Of a DNA stretch of 64,000 nucleotides, positions 39,171 through 48,864 are shown piece by piece. Position numbers and translations under genes: made by a program. This DNA is from Patescibacteria group bacterium. GTDB lineage: Bacteria; Patescibacteriota; Microgenomatia; 2-02-FULL-39-11. The notes beneath the pieces were generated by a model that was given only the letters and a program-made list of their open reading frames with translations, was not told where the DNA came from and did not search any database. The stretch is from the NCBI GenBank assembly GCA_023379265.1, contig JAMCUI010000009.1:100091-164090 (forward strand), in the 5' to 3' direction. How positions within the stretch are numbered: position 1 is the first letter of the stretch; each line of letters begins with the position of its first letter.

Positions 39171-39851
39171 TCAAGCCTGAGAATGAGATTTTGAGATAGC
39201 TTCTAGCAGTCCGTCTGAAAGCCATATGACGCGGTGGACATACTTTTTATCTTCTGGCTCATGGGTGACCATGACAATTGTCTGTTTTAAGTCTTTGTTT
39301 AAGCGTTTGAAAAGCGATAGTACTGTTTTGGCTGAAGTCGAGTCAAGATTGGCCGTTGGTTCGTCAGCAAGAAGTGCAATAGGGTTATTTATAAGCGCCC
39401 GGGCGATAGCCACTCTCTGTTGTTCACCTCCTGAGAGCTCTGAAGGATAATGGTCCAGCCTGTCTCCCAGACCTACTAGTCGTAAAAGTTCGGCCGCCCT
39501 TTCCTTATCAGGTATCCCTTTTAGGGCCATTGATGGCAGATAAACATTTTCCAGAGCAGAAAACTCCGCAATCAGCGCGTATTCCTGGAACACATATCCG
39601 AGCTGACTTAGACGGAATTTTGTTTTTTCTTCATCTGAGAGAGCTATAACATCTTTTTTATTTATGAAAAGCTTCCCGCCTGTGGGCCGGTCCAAAAGTC
39701 CAAGTTGGTGAAGAAGTGTGGATTTGCCTGAACCGCTTCTGCCCATGACGGCTACAAATTCACCTCTTTGTATTTCAAAAGTTACGCCCTTTAGGGCAGG
39801 GGTCGGGACTTTTCCCGGATATGTCTTTTTCAGATTTTCGGCTTTAATCAT
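39171..39851 (-). CDS. ABC transporter ATP-binding protein (MacB/LolD-like)
   Basis: GRSGSGKST, LSGGEQQRVAIARAL, ADEPTANLD. Confidence 0.95.
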   Translation of the reverse strand: MIKAENLKKTYPGKVPTPALKGVTFEIQRGEFVAVMGRSGSGKSTLLHQLGLLDRPTGGKLFINKKDVIALSDEEKTKFRLSQLGYVFQEYALIAEFSALENVYLPSMALKGIPDKERAAELLRLVGLGDRLDHYPSELSGGEQQRVAIARALINNPIALLADEPTANLDSTSAKTVLSLFKRLNKDLKQTIVMVTHEPEDKKYVHRVIWLSDGLLEAISKSHSQA

Positions 39852-39855
39852 GATT

Positions 39856-41073
39856 TTACCCCCAAATTGCTTTTAATATATCTTTTTTGGCTACTATGCG
39901 GGACGGCACAAATCCGGCAAGAATACCTGCAGCTATAAGGCTTATTGTTCCGGCTATTACTTCTACAGACCGGTGGTTAAGGGACAGATAGCCAAAATCC
40001 ACATTTATCGGGTAGCGGGCCAAAAGTGGTGTCAGAATGCCAAAGACAAGAAAAGCTCCGGCAAGAGTCCCGCATATGGCAAAAAAGAAAGATTGAAAAA
40101 CATAGGAAAGAATGATAATTCTTTGTCTTATACCTATGGCTTTGAGTATGCCTATTTGCCTGCTTTTGTTTATAGCGTTTATATAGACAATTACAAAGAT
40201 GGTGATTGAGGCGACAAGGACGGAAATGGCACTGACAATAAAGGATATGAGGTTTAACGCATTCATAAATGCAGCGACAGTACCTAAAATATCCAGATAA
40301 TTCTGGACTTTAAGTGTCGGTAGAAGAGCTTTGATATCGTTTTCATAACCAGCTAGAGTGCCGCGTGAAAGATCGACTTTGACTAGAATCTGTGAAGCGT
40401 TGTTAAATACATTCAGGACTGATTCTGCTTCACGGGCGGAAATAAAAGTTTCAAATATACCCAAAGTATCATCATATATGCCTTTGACCGTATATGTTTT
40501 TATAATCCCGTTTGAATAGGTAATTTGCACTTTGTCTCCTACTCTTACCCCTCCCAAATCGCTTGGTGCGGGGATACCATAGCCTCCGGCAAGAGCTGAG
40601 GAGAGAACTATCTGGTCTGTATCCTCAGGTGAGAGAAACTGTCCATCTTTGAGGAGTTTATTTACCGTAAGTACTTCTTTTTCCTGGTTGGGGTCTATAC
40701 CTACGATGGTGCCTGATACGCTTTTGACTACACCGTTTTTATCCTTATCGAATGTGATGGAACCAGCCAGATTGTAATGGCGGGCGGTGGCGATAACTCC
40801 GGGTACGGATTGTATTTCCTGTCTTACCTGATCCTGGTTTACAATGAATTGTTTTGGTTGAGGTTCTTGTTCAGGTCCAACTGTAATGTGTGAAGTGAGA
40901 ACATCAATCATGGTGGTTTCAAACATTTTTTGGAGACCTGAAAGAATGCCTGAGATAAACATCATATTCAGGTATGAAAGCGCCAGTATGAAAACCAAAA
41001 GTGCAAGAGTGGATTTACTGCCTCTTACAACCGATTTATAAGCTATAAACAATGCAGTTTTGATATCTCTCAT
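39856..41073 (-). CDS. ABC transporter permease, FtsX/LolE-like
   Basis: RQIGILKAIG motif; start set at ATG 41073 (ORF track 41106). Confidence 0.88.
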   Translation of the reverse strand: MRDIKTALFIAYKSVVRGSKSTLALLVFILALSYLNMMFISGILSGLQKMFETTMIDVLTSHITVGPEQEPQPKQFIVNQDQVRQEIQSVPGVIATARHYNLAGSITFDKDKNGVVKSVSGTIVGIDPNQEKEVLTVNKLLKDGQFLSPEDTDQIVLSSALAGGYGIPAPSDLGGVRVGDKVQITYSNGIIKTYTVKGIYDDTLGIFETFISAREAESVLNVFNNASQILVKVDLSRGTLAGYENDIKALLPTLKVQNYLDILGTVAAFMNALNLISFIVSAISVLVASITIFVIVYINAINKSRQIGILKAIGIRQRIIILSYVFQSFFFAICGTLAGAFLVFGILTPLLARYPINVDFGYLSLNHRSVEVIAGTISLIAAGILAGFVPSRIVAKKDILKAIWG

Positions 41074-41237
41074 GGAGATTGTTGATATGAGGCGGGACCC
41101 TATCATTCACTTCTCCCAAATTTCGCTTCAAAATCCACTAAAAAATTTAGCGTAATTTTAGTATCAAGACCATGAAACTATGTTTGGGATCCGTCGCTTA
41201 TGCCACCCCACTTCGTAATATTAATTCTTTTTATATA

Positions 41238-42383
41238 TCATTGTGGTACGACTATTTGGTCTCCGGCGGACAGACCATATGTGACTTCACTTTTTGTCAG
41301 TCCTCTGAGGCCCAGTTTTACCTCTATCAGTTTGTTACCATGGTTTGCTTTTTCCACGTACGTTTTTTCGTCATTTGTGGTAATTGCGTTATTGGGTACA
41401 GTAAGGATATTTGATTTGTCGGCTATAATTATGGTTACAGAGGCAGTCATATTAGGTTTGACATCTGGGGAAAGCTTATCCGCCGATATGCGTATGTTGT
41501 ACGTTACTGATCCCTGTATTTTTGTTCCAACAGTATCAATTCCAGTTACGGTTCCGGTAAATTTCTGGTCGGGAAGCGCATCAAAAACTATTTCTGCCAG
41601 CTGTCCGATTTTTATCTTGGGTATGTTGACTTCATTGAGTGAAGCATATAGGTATGGATTTTCCAGATTGGCAATTACAAGGACTGGTGAAGTAGCCAAT
41701 GATGAAATTTGATCACCATTTTTCACCAGTAAGTTGGTGACTGAACCGGAAATCGGAGCATTTACCGTGACACTTTGCGTCTCATTGTACGTCTGTAGGC
41801 TGGATGAGAGGGCCGCCTGATCTTTTGCCAGGACACTTTGCTGATTTTTGTAATTGGCTTCCGCGGCTAACCAATCATCCTGAGCAGTGGTAAACTCAGG
41901 GAGTACTCTATTGATTGATTTGGGAGAACCGTCGGAATTCTGGTAAGTGGAGTTTTCCGCTAAATCAGTAAATTTCTTCCAGGCGGCATACATAGTTGAC
42001 TGTAGAGTATAAAGCTCAGCAGTATCAGCATCCAATGTGGATTTGTCAGCTAAATATGCGGCATACGCGGCTTTTTTTTCTTTGTCAGTAGCCGTGCTTT
42101 CCACATTAAATAGTGGGTTACCTTTTTTCACGTTCTGATTATTATCCACGTAAAGCCCGGTAATAATGCCGTTGGTTGGAGAAGAGATAGATGTTTGTGA
42201 AGAAATGGTATATGTAGCATTTGCCAGTACGCTGGTTTGGAGATTTTCTCGTTTTAAGGTATAGACTGAATCAGTTTGAGCAGGTCGTAAAAGAATTACC
42301 ATTACAATGATAAAGAGGAGGACAAAAATTCCCAAAATTAGATACCATTTTTTTGACTTTAGAAAAGAGACGGTTCTGGCCAT
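41238..42383 (-). CDS. Efflux membrane-fusion protein (MacA-like)
   Basis: TM after MARTVSF, lipoyl halves, VKPNMTA, VPNNAI; start reassigned to ATG 42383. Confidence 0.88.
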   Translation of the reverse strand: MARTVSFLKSKKWYLILGIFVLLFIIVMVILLRPAQTDSVYTLKRENLQTSVLANATYTISSQTSISSPTNGIITGLYVDNNQNVKKGNPLFNVESTATDKEKKAAYAAYLADKSTLDADTAELYTLQSTMYAAWKKFTDLAENSTYQNSDGSPKSINRVLPEFTTAQDDWLAAEANYKNQQSVLAKDQAALSSSLQTYNETQSVTVNAPISGSVTNLLVKNGDQISSLATSPVLVIANLENPYLYASLNEVNIPKIKIGQLAEIVFDALPDQKFTGTVTGIDTVGTKIQGSVTYNIRISADKLSPDVKPNMTASVTIIIADKSNILTVPNNAITTNDEKTYVEKANHGNKLIEVKLGLRGLTKSEVTYGLSAGDQIVVPQ

Positions 42384-42460
42384 ATTTATTATCTTAACAT
42401 GAATATTATTATATTGAATTAGATCTAAGTGAAAAAGCGTGGTTTCAATACTATCCTTTG

Positions 42461-42489
42461 TTGTTTTATGTTGCAGAATATGATATAAT
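42461..42489 (+). promoter_or_regulatory. Extended -10 promoter of the RRM-gene leader
   Basis: TTGTTT -17- TATAAT with TGn extension (TGATATAAT at 42481-42489). Confidence 0.7.
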
Positions 42490-42496
42490 GCGTCTA

Positions 42497-42641
42497 TAAA
42501 CAGATTTAAGCCAATAGATCTGTTTAGATCAGAATTTGTTTTAAGCAAGCCAAAGATAAAGATACTCAATTCATATTTCTTTTTTTCGTATCTTTTCCTC
42601 TTCTTATTTCATCTCTCATTTAAACAGCTATATTTGCTTAA
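42497..42641 (+). ncRNA. Candidate structured 5' leader RNA, copy 2 (upstream of the RRM protein)
   Basis: Homologous to 23729-23866; hairpin TAAACAGATTTA/TAGATCTGTTTA with one U-G, AAAGATAC/GTATCTTT, TTAAGCAA/TTGCTTAA, alternative helix 42520-42533 with 42614-42627. Confidence 0.7.
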
Positions 42642-42844
42642 GTCGCGGAAGTAATATCATAATCAGTATTCGGCTGAAAGAATAAATAGGCGAATAGATA
42701 CCTGTAGAGTCACTTTTTTACAGACTTACAATTGGTTTCAGTTTTAGTACCGTTTTTCTTTTGGTTGTTTGATATAATTTTGCTTCTGAAATTATTAATT
42801 ATTTCTTATCCTTTTTAAGGATAAGAGTAAAAGGAGTTATCAAA

Positions 42845-43174
42845 ATGGCAAAGAACCTTTTTGTAGGAAGTCTTCCCTTCTCAGTTACTGAAGACGCGGT
42901 CGGACAACTGTTTGCAAAATACGGACAGGTACAGTCAGTCAATGTAATAAAGGACAAATATACCGGTAAAAGCCGTGGATTTGGCTTTGTGGAAATGAGT
43001 ACGGAGGAGGAAGCACAAAAAGCCATACAAGGCCTCAATAACTATAACCTTGAGGGCAGAAATATAATCGTCAAGGAAGCCTTACCAAAGCCGACTTATA
43101 CGGATGGCAGAGGAAGTGATAGTAGAGGTAGACGAAGTTTCGGCTTTGGCGGCAGACCTCAGAGAAGGTATTAA
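42845..43174 (+). CDS. RRM (RNP-1) RNA-binding protein with Gly/Arg-rich tail
   Basis: RNP2 LFVGSL, RNP1 RGFGFVEM; SD AAGGAG. Confidence 0.95.
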   Translation: MAKNLFVGSLPFSVTEDAVGQLFAKYGQVQSVNVIKDKYTGKSRGFGFVEMSTEEEAQKAIQGLNNYNLEGRNIIVKEALPKPTYTDGRGSDSRGRRSFGFGGRPQRRY

Positions 43175-43198
43175 ACCTTGTCAATAGAGTAGGGGATT

Positions 43199-44518
43199 TT
43201 ATGAAGTCAGGAAATAGCGGAATTTGCGCCTCATCAGGAATTTGGATAGGAAGCTCATTTTTCTTATTTCATTTACTACCATTGTCGATTCTTTTCTGAA
43301 TTCATAATCTTTTTCCACTATTTCAGGGTTTACTTGTAGAGCAATATTGTTAAACCCTAATAGTCTTATGCCTGAGAGAGACCGTACTCGGGACAGAGCT
43401 ACATAGCCCATACCCAGTAGGAAGGATTTTGTGAGGTCTATCTCAGCTGCGGAAAGCGTCATTCCCTGGCTTTTATGGACTGTTATGGCCCATGCCAATC
43501 TCAGAGGGATTTGGGATACCTCAGCTCGTGTTTTGTTATTCTCGGTTATTGTCCATTTGGCATATTCCACATTTATCTTTTTACCGTCAGCAGTCTTGAC
43601 GATAGGATTTCTGTCACTATCAAACCCTTCGACTTTTCCTAAAGTTCCATTTACGTATCCTTTTTCGAAATTATTACGGACAAACATGATAAGCGCACCC
43701 TTTTTTAAGACCAGATTTTCCGGTGCAAGGCATGATCTTTTGATCATTGCTACAAGCCCTTCTTCACCCATACTGTACATAGTATATGACTGGGATTCCT
43801 CTGGGATCTTCTCAAGTTCAGAATTGTTTATGGCGTCTACGTCAATATTGTGGGTATAAAGCTTAGTTGGGGTAATACTTCTATCAATTTCGCCTGTTTG
43901 CACTTTGTTTTCAAGGATGGATAAAATTTCCGGCGTGATATCGTTTTCCCTTATGGCATTTAGTATTTTCAGAAGAGCTGTATCTTTCTGCCTATATGAT
44001 ACGCCAAGGTAGCAGATTTTTAGATCCATTTTTGACCAGACGCGGGATTTGAATATAAAATCTGCTTCTACTCTGTTTTGACTGTATGGAGGAAGCTGGA
44101 AAAAATCTCCTGAAAGGACTATTTGTATACCGCCAAACGGAGCGTCAGTCTTTCGCGCGCTTTTAAGTATCGTGTCAAGCATGTCTAGTTTTGCGGCATG
44201 GAGCATTGAAACTTCATCAATAATGAGAACTTTGGTCGTGGTAAATCGGTCACGAAGGTAACGCTTGCTGAGGATCTCTTGTAGGTCTTTATCTGTAAGA
44301 TGATCCTTGAGGCCGATGCCGGACCACGAATCGATGGTAATGCCGTCCATGTGTGTTGCGGCGATGCCTGTAGAGGCAGTGATGCCAACGGATGCGTTTT
44401 TTGACTGAAGAAATTTTATGTATTTGTTAAGAAGATGCGTTTTTCCTGATCCTGCAGGTCCTGTGATATAGATGTTGTATCCCAGTTTTAATAAGTCAAA
44501 AGCTTCGTTTTGAGTCAT
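43199..44518 (-). CDS. Pif1-family DNA helicase
   Basis: GPAGSGKT, IIDEVSM, PFGGIQ..GDFFQLPP, QIPLRLAWAITVHKSQGMT, YVALSRV. Confidence 0.92.
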   Translation of the reverse strand: MTQNEAFDLLKLGYNIYITGPAGSGKTHLLNKYIKFLQSKNASVGITASTGIAATHMDGITIDSWSGIGLKDHLTDKDLQEILSKRYLRDRFTTTKVLIIDEVSMLHAAKLDMLDTILKSARKTDAPFGGIQIVLSGDFFQLPPYSQNRVEADFIFKSRVWSKMDLKICYLGVSYRQKDTALLKILNAIRENDITPEILSILENKVQTGEIDRSITPTKLYTHNIDVDAINNSELEKIPEESQSYTMYSMGEEGLVAMIKRSCLAPENLVLKKGALIMFVRNNFEKGYVNGTLGKVEGFDSDRNPIVKTADGKKINVEYAKWTITENNKTRAEVSQIPLRLAWAITVHKSQGMTLSAAEIDLTKSFLLGMGYVALSRVRSLSGIRLLGFNNIALQVNPEIVEKDYEFRKESTMVVNEIRKMSFLSKFLMRRKFRYFLTS

Positions 44519-44654
44519 ATAACCTTCTTATTATATGTTTATTGTACTTAAAATCATATATTTACTCTTCCTACTGCATCCCGTTTTTTCGGGATAAGTG
44601 TAGAAGGGTATATGCTAATTGCAGTTTCAAACGTAAGAAGTATAATTAATTTCC

Positions 44655-45200
44655 ATGAGCAAACATATAGTGGTTTTTGCTGCCAATGAATGCAAAAAAG
44701 AGAAGGAAAACCTTTATTATTCCATGGCTTATGAAACCGGAAAACTTTTAGCACAGGAAGGGTTTATTACGGTGACTGGTGGAGGGCCGGGGCTTATGAA
44801 TGAGACTATGCGCGGAGCTTTTGAAAATGGCGGCAGAACAATCGGATTTTGCCTGAATGTAAAAGGACGGGAACACAGTATCTATTTGTCCGAAAAGAGA
44901 ATGTATTATGATTTGCGTAAGAGACAGAGGGAGTTGATGGATATAGGGGACGGGTTTCTGGCTCTTCCCGGCGGTTTGGGTACAATTTATGAAATATCTG
45001 GGGTGCTGGCGCTAAAAAGGAAAGGCGAGATTTCACCTGATAGACCCATGATACTTATTGACACTATCTACAAAAATCTGGAAAAGCTGTTTCATAGTCT
45101 GCAGGAAGAAGGATTGATAGGACATGATTTATCGTCTCTTTACCGTATGGTTCAAAATCCAATGCAAGCTATAGAGTTATTGAAAGGGAGTTTCTCATGA
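44655..45200 (+). CDS. LOG family nucleotide-binding protein
   Basis: TGGGPGLM, LPGGLGTIYE. Confidence 0.9.
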   Translation: MSKHIVVFAANECKKEKENLYYSMAYETGKLLAQEGFITVTGGGPGLMNETMRGAFENGGRTIGFCLNVKGREHSIYLSEKRMYYDLRKRQRELMDIGDGFLALPGGLGTIYEISGVLALKRKGEISPDRPMILIDTIYKNLEKLFHSLQEEGLIGHDLSSLYRMVQNPMQAIELLKGSFS

Positions 45201-45958
45201 ATTATAAGGCGGTTATTGCAGATGTAGACGGCACTCTATTTCCTCCTTCGGAAGTTCCTTCTCCAAAACCGTCAGAAAGCCTAATTGAAGCTGTAAAAAA
45301 AGTTCAGGATAGAGGAGTATCTTTTAGTATCGCTTCAGGTCGGTCTCTTCCATGGGTGCGTGAAATAATAAACGGGTTTAATTTACATTCACCGATAATC
45401 CTGGACAACGGTGCAAAAATTTATGATTGTTCTAAAAAAGAATATGTTTGGGAGTCGTATATATCCAAAAATACTGCACAAAAGATAGTACATGAGTTGA
45501 TCGCAGACAAATCGCTAAATGTCATTGTGGCAGACGGTGAGGAAAGGGTGACTGATCCTCTAAAGATAATAAACTGGAAAATAAGTAAAATATTGGTTTT
45601 AGGTGTGACGCCACAAAAAGCTGAGGATCTATGTCAAAGTCTGAAGAAGTTTACAGATATTCACGTGACAAAAAGTATTTCAGGGACAGGAGAGAGGAGT
45701 CAGTCAATACATGTGACTAATTTTGATGCTACAAAACAGACTGCTGTTGCTAAGCTTTTGGATTTCCTGCATATTACTCAAGACGAAGTAGTTGGGATTG
45801 GTGACAGTTATAACGATTTTCCTCTTCTTATGGCTTGTGGACTGAAAGTGGCAATGGGAAATGCGGTGGAGGATCTCAAAGCGATAGCCGATTATATTGC
45901 TCCGACTTATGCAGAAGATGGAGTGGCTAAAGTATTGAAAAAATTTATTTTAAAGTAA
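45197..45958 (+). CDS. HAD-superfamily hydrolase, Cof-like
   Basis: DVDGTL, ASGR, GDSYND, AMGNA. Confidence 0.92.
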   Translation: MNYKAVIADVDGTLFPPSEVPSPKPSESLIEAVKKVQDRGVSFSIASGRSLPWVREIINGFNLHSPIILDNGAKIYDCSKKEYVWESYISKNTAQKIVHELIADKSLNVIVADGEERVTDPLKIINWKISKILVLGVTPQKAEDLCQSLKKFTDIHVTKSISGTGERSQSIHVTNFDATKQTAVAKLLDFLHITQDEVVGIGDSYNDFPLLMACGLKVAMGNAVEDLKAIADYIAPTYAEDGVAKVLKKFILK

Positions 45959-45993
45959 TTAACAGGTTTTAGGCAATGAAACGTAATTCAGAA

Positions 45994-46099
45994 TGTCATA
46001 CCGAATCGGTTTCGGCATCCCCTCCTAAATATAACGGGATCCTGAAATCACCGCCATCAGGCGGTATCCTCTCTGAGGCGGGGCAAGTTCAAGATGACA
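45994..46099. repeat. REP-like palindromic element with nested insert
   Basis: TGTCATACCGAATCGGTTTCGGCATCCC ... GGGATCCTGAAA[ACCGCCATCAGGCGGT...]CAAGTTCAAGATGACA; termini TGTCAT/ATGACA. Confidence 0.65.
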
Positions 46100-46124
46100 G
46101 AGAGATACTTAAATTAGTAAATAT

Positions 46125-46676
46125 ATGAGAATAAGTAGTTTTCACGATTTAAATGGTGAGAGGAAAAACCAAATTCTGGTGGTGGTTGATAGGGCGGGTA
46201 GACCGTTGGGACTAGCTAGTCGGCAACAGTGTCATAGCGGTACTGGTAAGCCCCATTTGGCTTTTATGGCATTAATACTTGATAAAGGAGGTAATATTGT
46301 TTTGACAAGAAGAAGTAAAGGAAAATCACTTTGGGGAGGTTTCTGGGATGGTTCTGTAGTCAGTCATGTATTGCCAGGTGAGACACCTGAGAAGGCGGCG
46401 CAAAGAAGAGGAAGGGAGGAGATGGGCGTGGACATCAAATTTACCGATATTGGAGCTTTTTATTACTTTGCCAAGTTTAAGGATGGGGCAGAAAACGAAT
46501 TCTGTCATGTTCTTCTTGGTAAATCAGATATAGAGATTCAACCAAATCCTGTGGAAATAGAGGATACGAAAAAGATCTTACCAGCTGATTTGAGAAAAGA
46601 TATTCAAAAAAATCCCGACAGTTACACGCCATGGTTAAAACTGGCATTTGAAAAGATTAATATCAAACCCGTATGA
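46125..46676 (+). CDS. idi: Isopentenyl-diphosphate isomerase type 1 (NUDIX fold)
   Basis: CH...HLAF, RRSKGKSLWGGFWD.SVVSH, ENEFCHV, PNPVEI, YTPW; the usual catalytic Cys position reads Val. Confidence 0.75.
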   Translation: MRISSFHDLNGERKNQILVVVDRAGRPLGLASRQQCHSGTGKPHLAFMALILDKGGNIVLTRRSKGKSLWGGFWDGSVVSHVLPGETPEKAAQRRGREEMGVDIKFTDIGAFYYFAKFKDGAENEFCHVLLGKSDIEIQPNPVEIEDTKKILPADLRKDIQKNPDSYTPWLKLAFEKINIKPV

Positions 46677-47590
46677 CTCAAGAGACGAAAGCAGTATTTG
46701 CACTTTTAGGCACAGTAATTCTTTGGTCACTGATGGTGGTGATTACACGGATAGCGGTAACAGAAGTGCATCCTTTTACGCTGTTATTTTTGCGACTGGC
46801 AATCGCATCTGTTTTCTTTGCTCCTTTTGTCTGGAGGAAGAAACCATGGAAGAATAAAAAGTTTTCTTATCTGATTAAGATATCGCCGCTTTTGATGACA
46901 AACGTCACCTTTTTTATATTGGGCATACAATATACGACTGCCTCCGCAAGCCAACTCATTTATGCGATAATGCCAATACTTGTTCTTATCGCCAGTGCAT
47001 TATTTTTGCGGCAGAAATATCACTGGGGTAAAAATGTTGGGGTAGTTGTCGGTCTGATGGGGGTTGTTGCGCTTGTATTTCTGTCGGCAGAGGGTAAAGG
47101 CACGACTATAGCAGGCAGTCTTTCCGGAAATCTGCTTATTGTTATAGCTATGTTGGGACAGGTAAGTTATATAATCCTGTCAAAAAATATTTCGAGAGTT
47201 TTTTCTGCTGTGGAAATCAGCGGTGTGGCGATAATTATTTCCCTTCTGCTTTCGATACCTTTAGTCACCGCTGAAATTATTTATTATCACGGAACAATTC
47301 TCATGCCGCAAAATGGTCTTCTTGCGGCTTTCTATTTAGGTTTTTGCGGGACTTTTCTGACGTATATATTGCAGCAGTATGCAATAAAGCGCCTTTCTAC
47401 CCTGACTGTCAGTTTGACTTCTTATATACAGCCTATAACTACAGCTGCGTTTGAAATAATGCTTTTGGATGAGAAAATGACAACAGGTTTTCTTGTGGGT
47501 GGAGGGTTAGTCTTTTTAGGTCTTTTCTTGTCAACTACAATAGAAGTTTTGCATCACCGTATGAAAAGGGTGGAGGTGTTCGTGGAGTAA
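46673..47590 (+). CDS. DMT/EamA family transporter
   Basis: About ten TM in two EamA repeats. Confidence 0.9.
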   Translation: MTQETKAVFALLGTVILWSLMVVITRIAVTEVHPFTLLFLRLAIASVFFAPFVWRKKPWKNKKFSYLIKISPLLMTNVTFFILGIQYTTASASQLIYAIMPILVLIASALFLRQKYHWGKNVGVVVGLMGVVALVFLSAEGKGTTIAGSLSGNLLIVIAMLGQVSYIILSKNISRVFSAVEISGVAIIISLLLSIPLVTAEIIYYHGTILMPQNGLLAAFYLGFCGTFLTYILQQYAIKRLSTLTVSLTSYIQPITTAAFEIMLLDEKMTTGFLVGGGLVFLGLFLSTTIEVLHHRMKRVEVFVE

Positions 47591-47594
47591 ATAT

Positions 47595-48170
47595 ATGTTG
47601 ATAAAACCGGTTGTTTTGGATCTTGAGACGCAATTTACGTTTCAGGAAGTAGGGTATGACCCAAAGAAACTGAAAGTATCTGTTGTGGGTTTATATGATT
47701 ACGCCACTGATAAATATGAGGCGTACAAAGAAGAAAGTTTTCCCCAGCTTTTTTCCGTACTTGAACATGCTTCTGAAATAATAGGTTTTAATATTGATAA
47801 ATTTGATCTGCCGGTTTTATCTCCTTACTATGTAGGCAATATTAGCCAGTTTGCAACTCTTGATTTACTTTCCGAGGTAGAGAGGTCGCTTGGGTTTCGT
47901 GTAGCTCTAGATGATTTGGCGCGGTCAACCCTGGGAGAGAAGAAAAACGGACACGGATTTATGGCAATAGATTTTTTTCGCAACGGGGAGTGGGATAAAC
48001 TGATAAAATACTGTCTTCATGATGTGGAAATCACAAAAGCTCTTTATGAGTACGGTAAAAAGGAGGGAAAAGTATATTTCCAGTCAGTAGGAGGAAAAAG
48101 GGGAATACCGGTTTCCTTTTCCGCCAGAAAAAACTCTCAATCCACAGTATCACTGTCTTTGCCCTTTTGA
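47595..48170 (+). CDS. RNase H-like (DEDD) exonuclease-domain protein
   Basis: VLDLET, IGFNIDKFD, YCLHDV. Confidence 0.85.
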   Translation: MLIKPVVLDLETQFTFQEVGYDPKKLKVSVVGLYDYATDKYEAYKEESFPQLFSVLEHASEIIGFNIDKFDLPVLSPYYVGNISQFATLDLLSEVERSLGFRVALDDLARSTLGEKKNGHGFMAIDFFRNGEWDKLIKYCLHDVEITKALYEYGKKEGKVYFQSVGGKRGIPVSFSARKNSQSTVSLSLPF

Positions 48171-48189
48171 TAAATTTTAACTCACAATC

Positions 48190-48244
48190 TTGACACTTTC
48201 CCATTTTTTGTTAAACTGTAACTGATACAAATCTACGTCTAGTT
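48190..48244 (+). promoter_or_regulatory. suf operon promoter and putative Rrf2 operator
   Basis: TTGACA -16- TGtTAAACT; AACTGATAC-AAATCTA-CGTCTAGTT at 48220-48244. Confidence 0.6.
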
Positions 48245-48264
48245 TATACTGAGCTTATTGAAGT

Positions 48265-48666
48265 ATGAAAATAGCCAAGAGAGAGGATTTCGCCCTTATT
48301 TTCATGAGTGAACTTTCCAAACATTACCCTGGTGAATACGTATCATTGGGATTTATTGCCCATCAGACGAATTTATCTCCTCTTTTTTTGAAACATATTG
48401 CTTCAGTTCTTCTTGAAAAAAATCTTATTGAAAGTAAAGAGGGGATAAGCGGAGGTTACAGGTTGCATAAACCACCGCAAAAAATTACCGTTTCAGAGAT
48501 TATTAAAGCCATTTCCAAGGGGATTGTAGCACCATCCTGTGTACATGGGGGAGTCTGCCGGTTAAAACGGACATCTTGTAGCTGTTTAGCGCTTTGGGAT
48601 AAGGTGAATAGGCAGTTATACTCTTATTTGGACAATATCAGTCTGGAAGATTTCGGAAGATTATAA
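48265..48666 (+). CDS. Rrf2-family (IscR-like) regulator
   Basis: LIESKEGISGGYRL, Cys cluster CVHGGVCRLKRTSCSC. Confidence 0.92.
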   Translation: MKIAKREDFALIFMSELSKHYPGEYVSLGFIAHQTNLSPLFLKHIASVLLEKNLIESKEGISGGYRLHKPPQKITVSEIIKAISKGIVAPSCVHGGVCRLKRTSCSCLALWDKVNRQLYSYLDNISLEDFGRL

Positions 48667-48680
48667 AAATTTGATTATAT

Positions 48681-48843
48681 TATAGGTTGAAAAAAGCTTG
48701 CAGTGGAAATTTTTTAGCTAGCAAAATGTCAATATTCCGAAACTGAGTCATTAAACAGTAGTTGGTTTTATGAATATAGATAGTGTAAGCGTCTCGTATG
48801 CGACCTGCGAAAACTTCCACGAGCTTCACTTTTCATACTTATA
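48681..48843 (+). repeat. Long interrupted hairpin element A (homolog of 51234-51366)
   Basis: TGAAAA/TTTTCA, AAGCTT/GAGCTT, GTGGAAATTTTT/GAAAACTTCCAC; shared CGTATGC. Confidence 0.6.
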
Positions 48844-48864
48844 TATGAAAAGCAGAGATAAATT

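Noticed and set aside
42384-42569. N-terminal extension of the MacA-like ORF
   Set aside because: It overlaps the opposite-strand promoter and RNA motif; the TM anchor follows the ATG at 42383.
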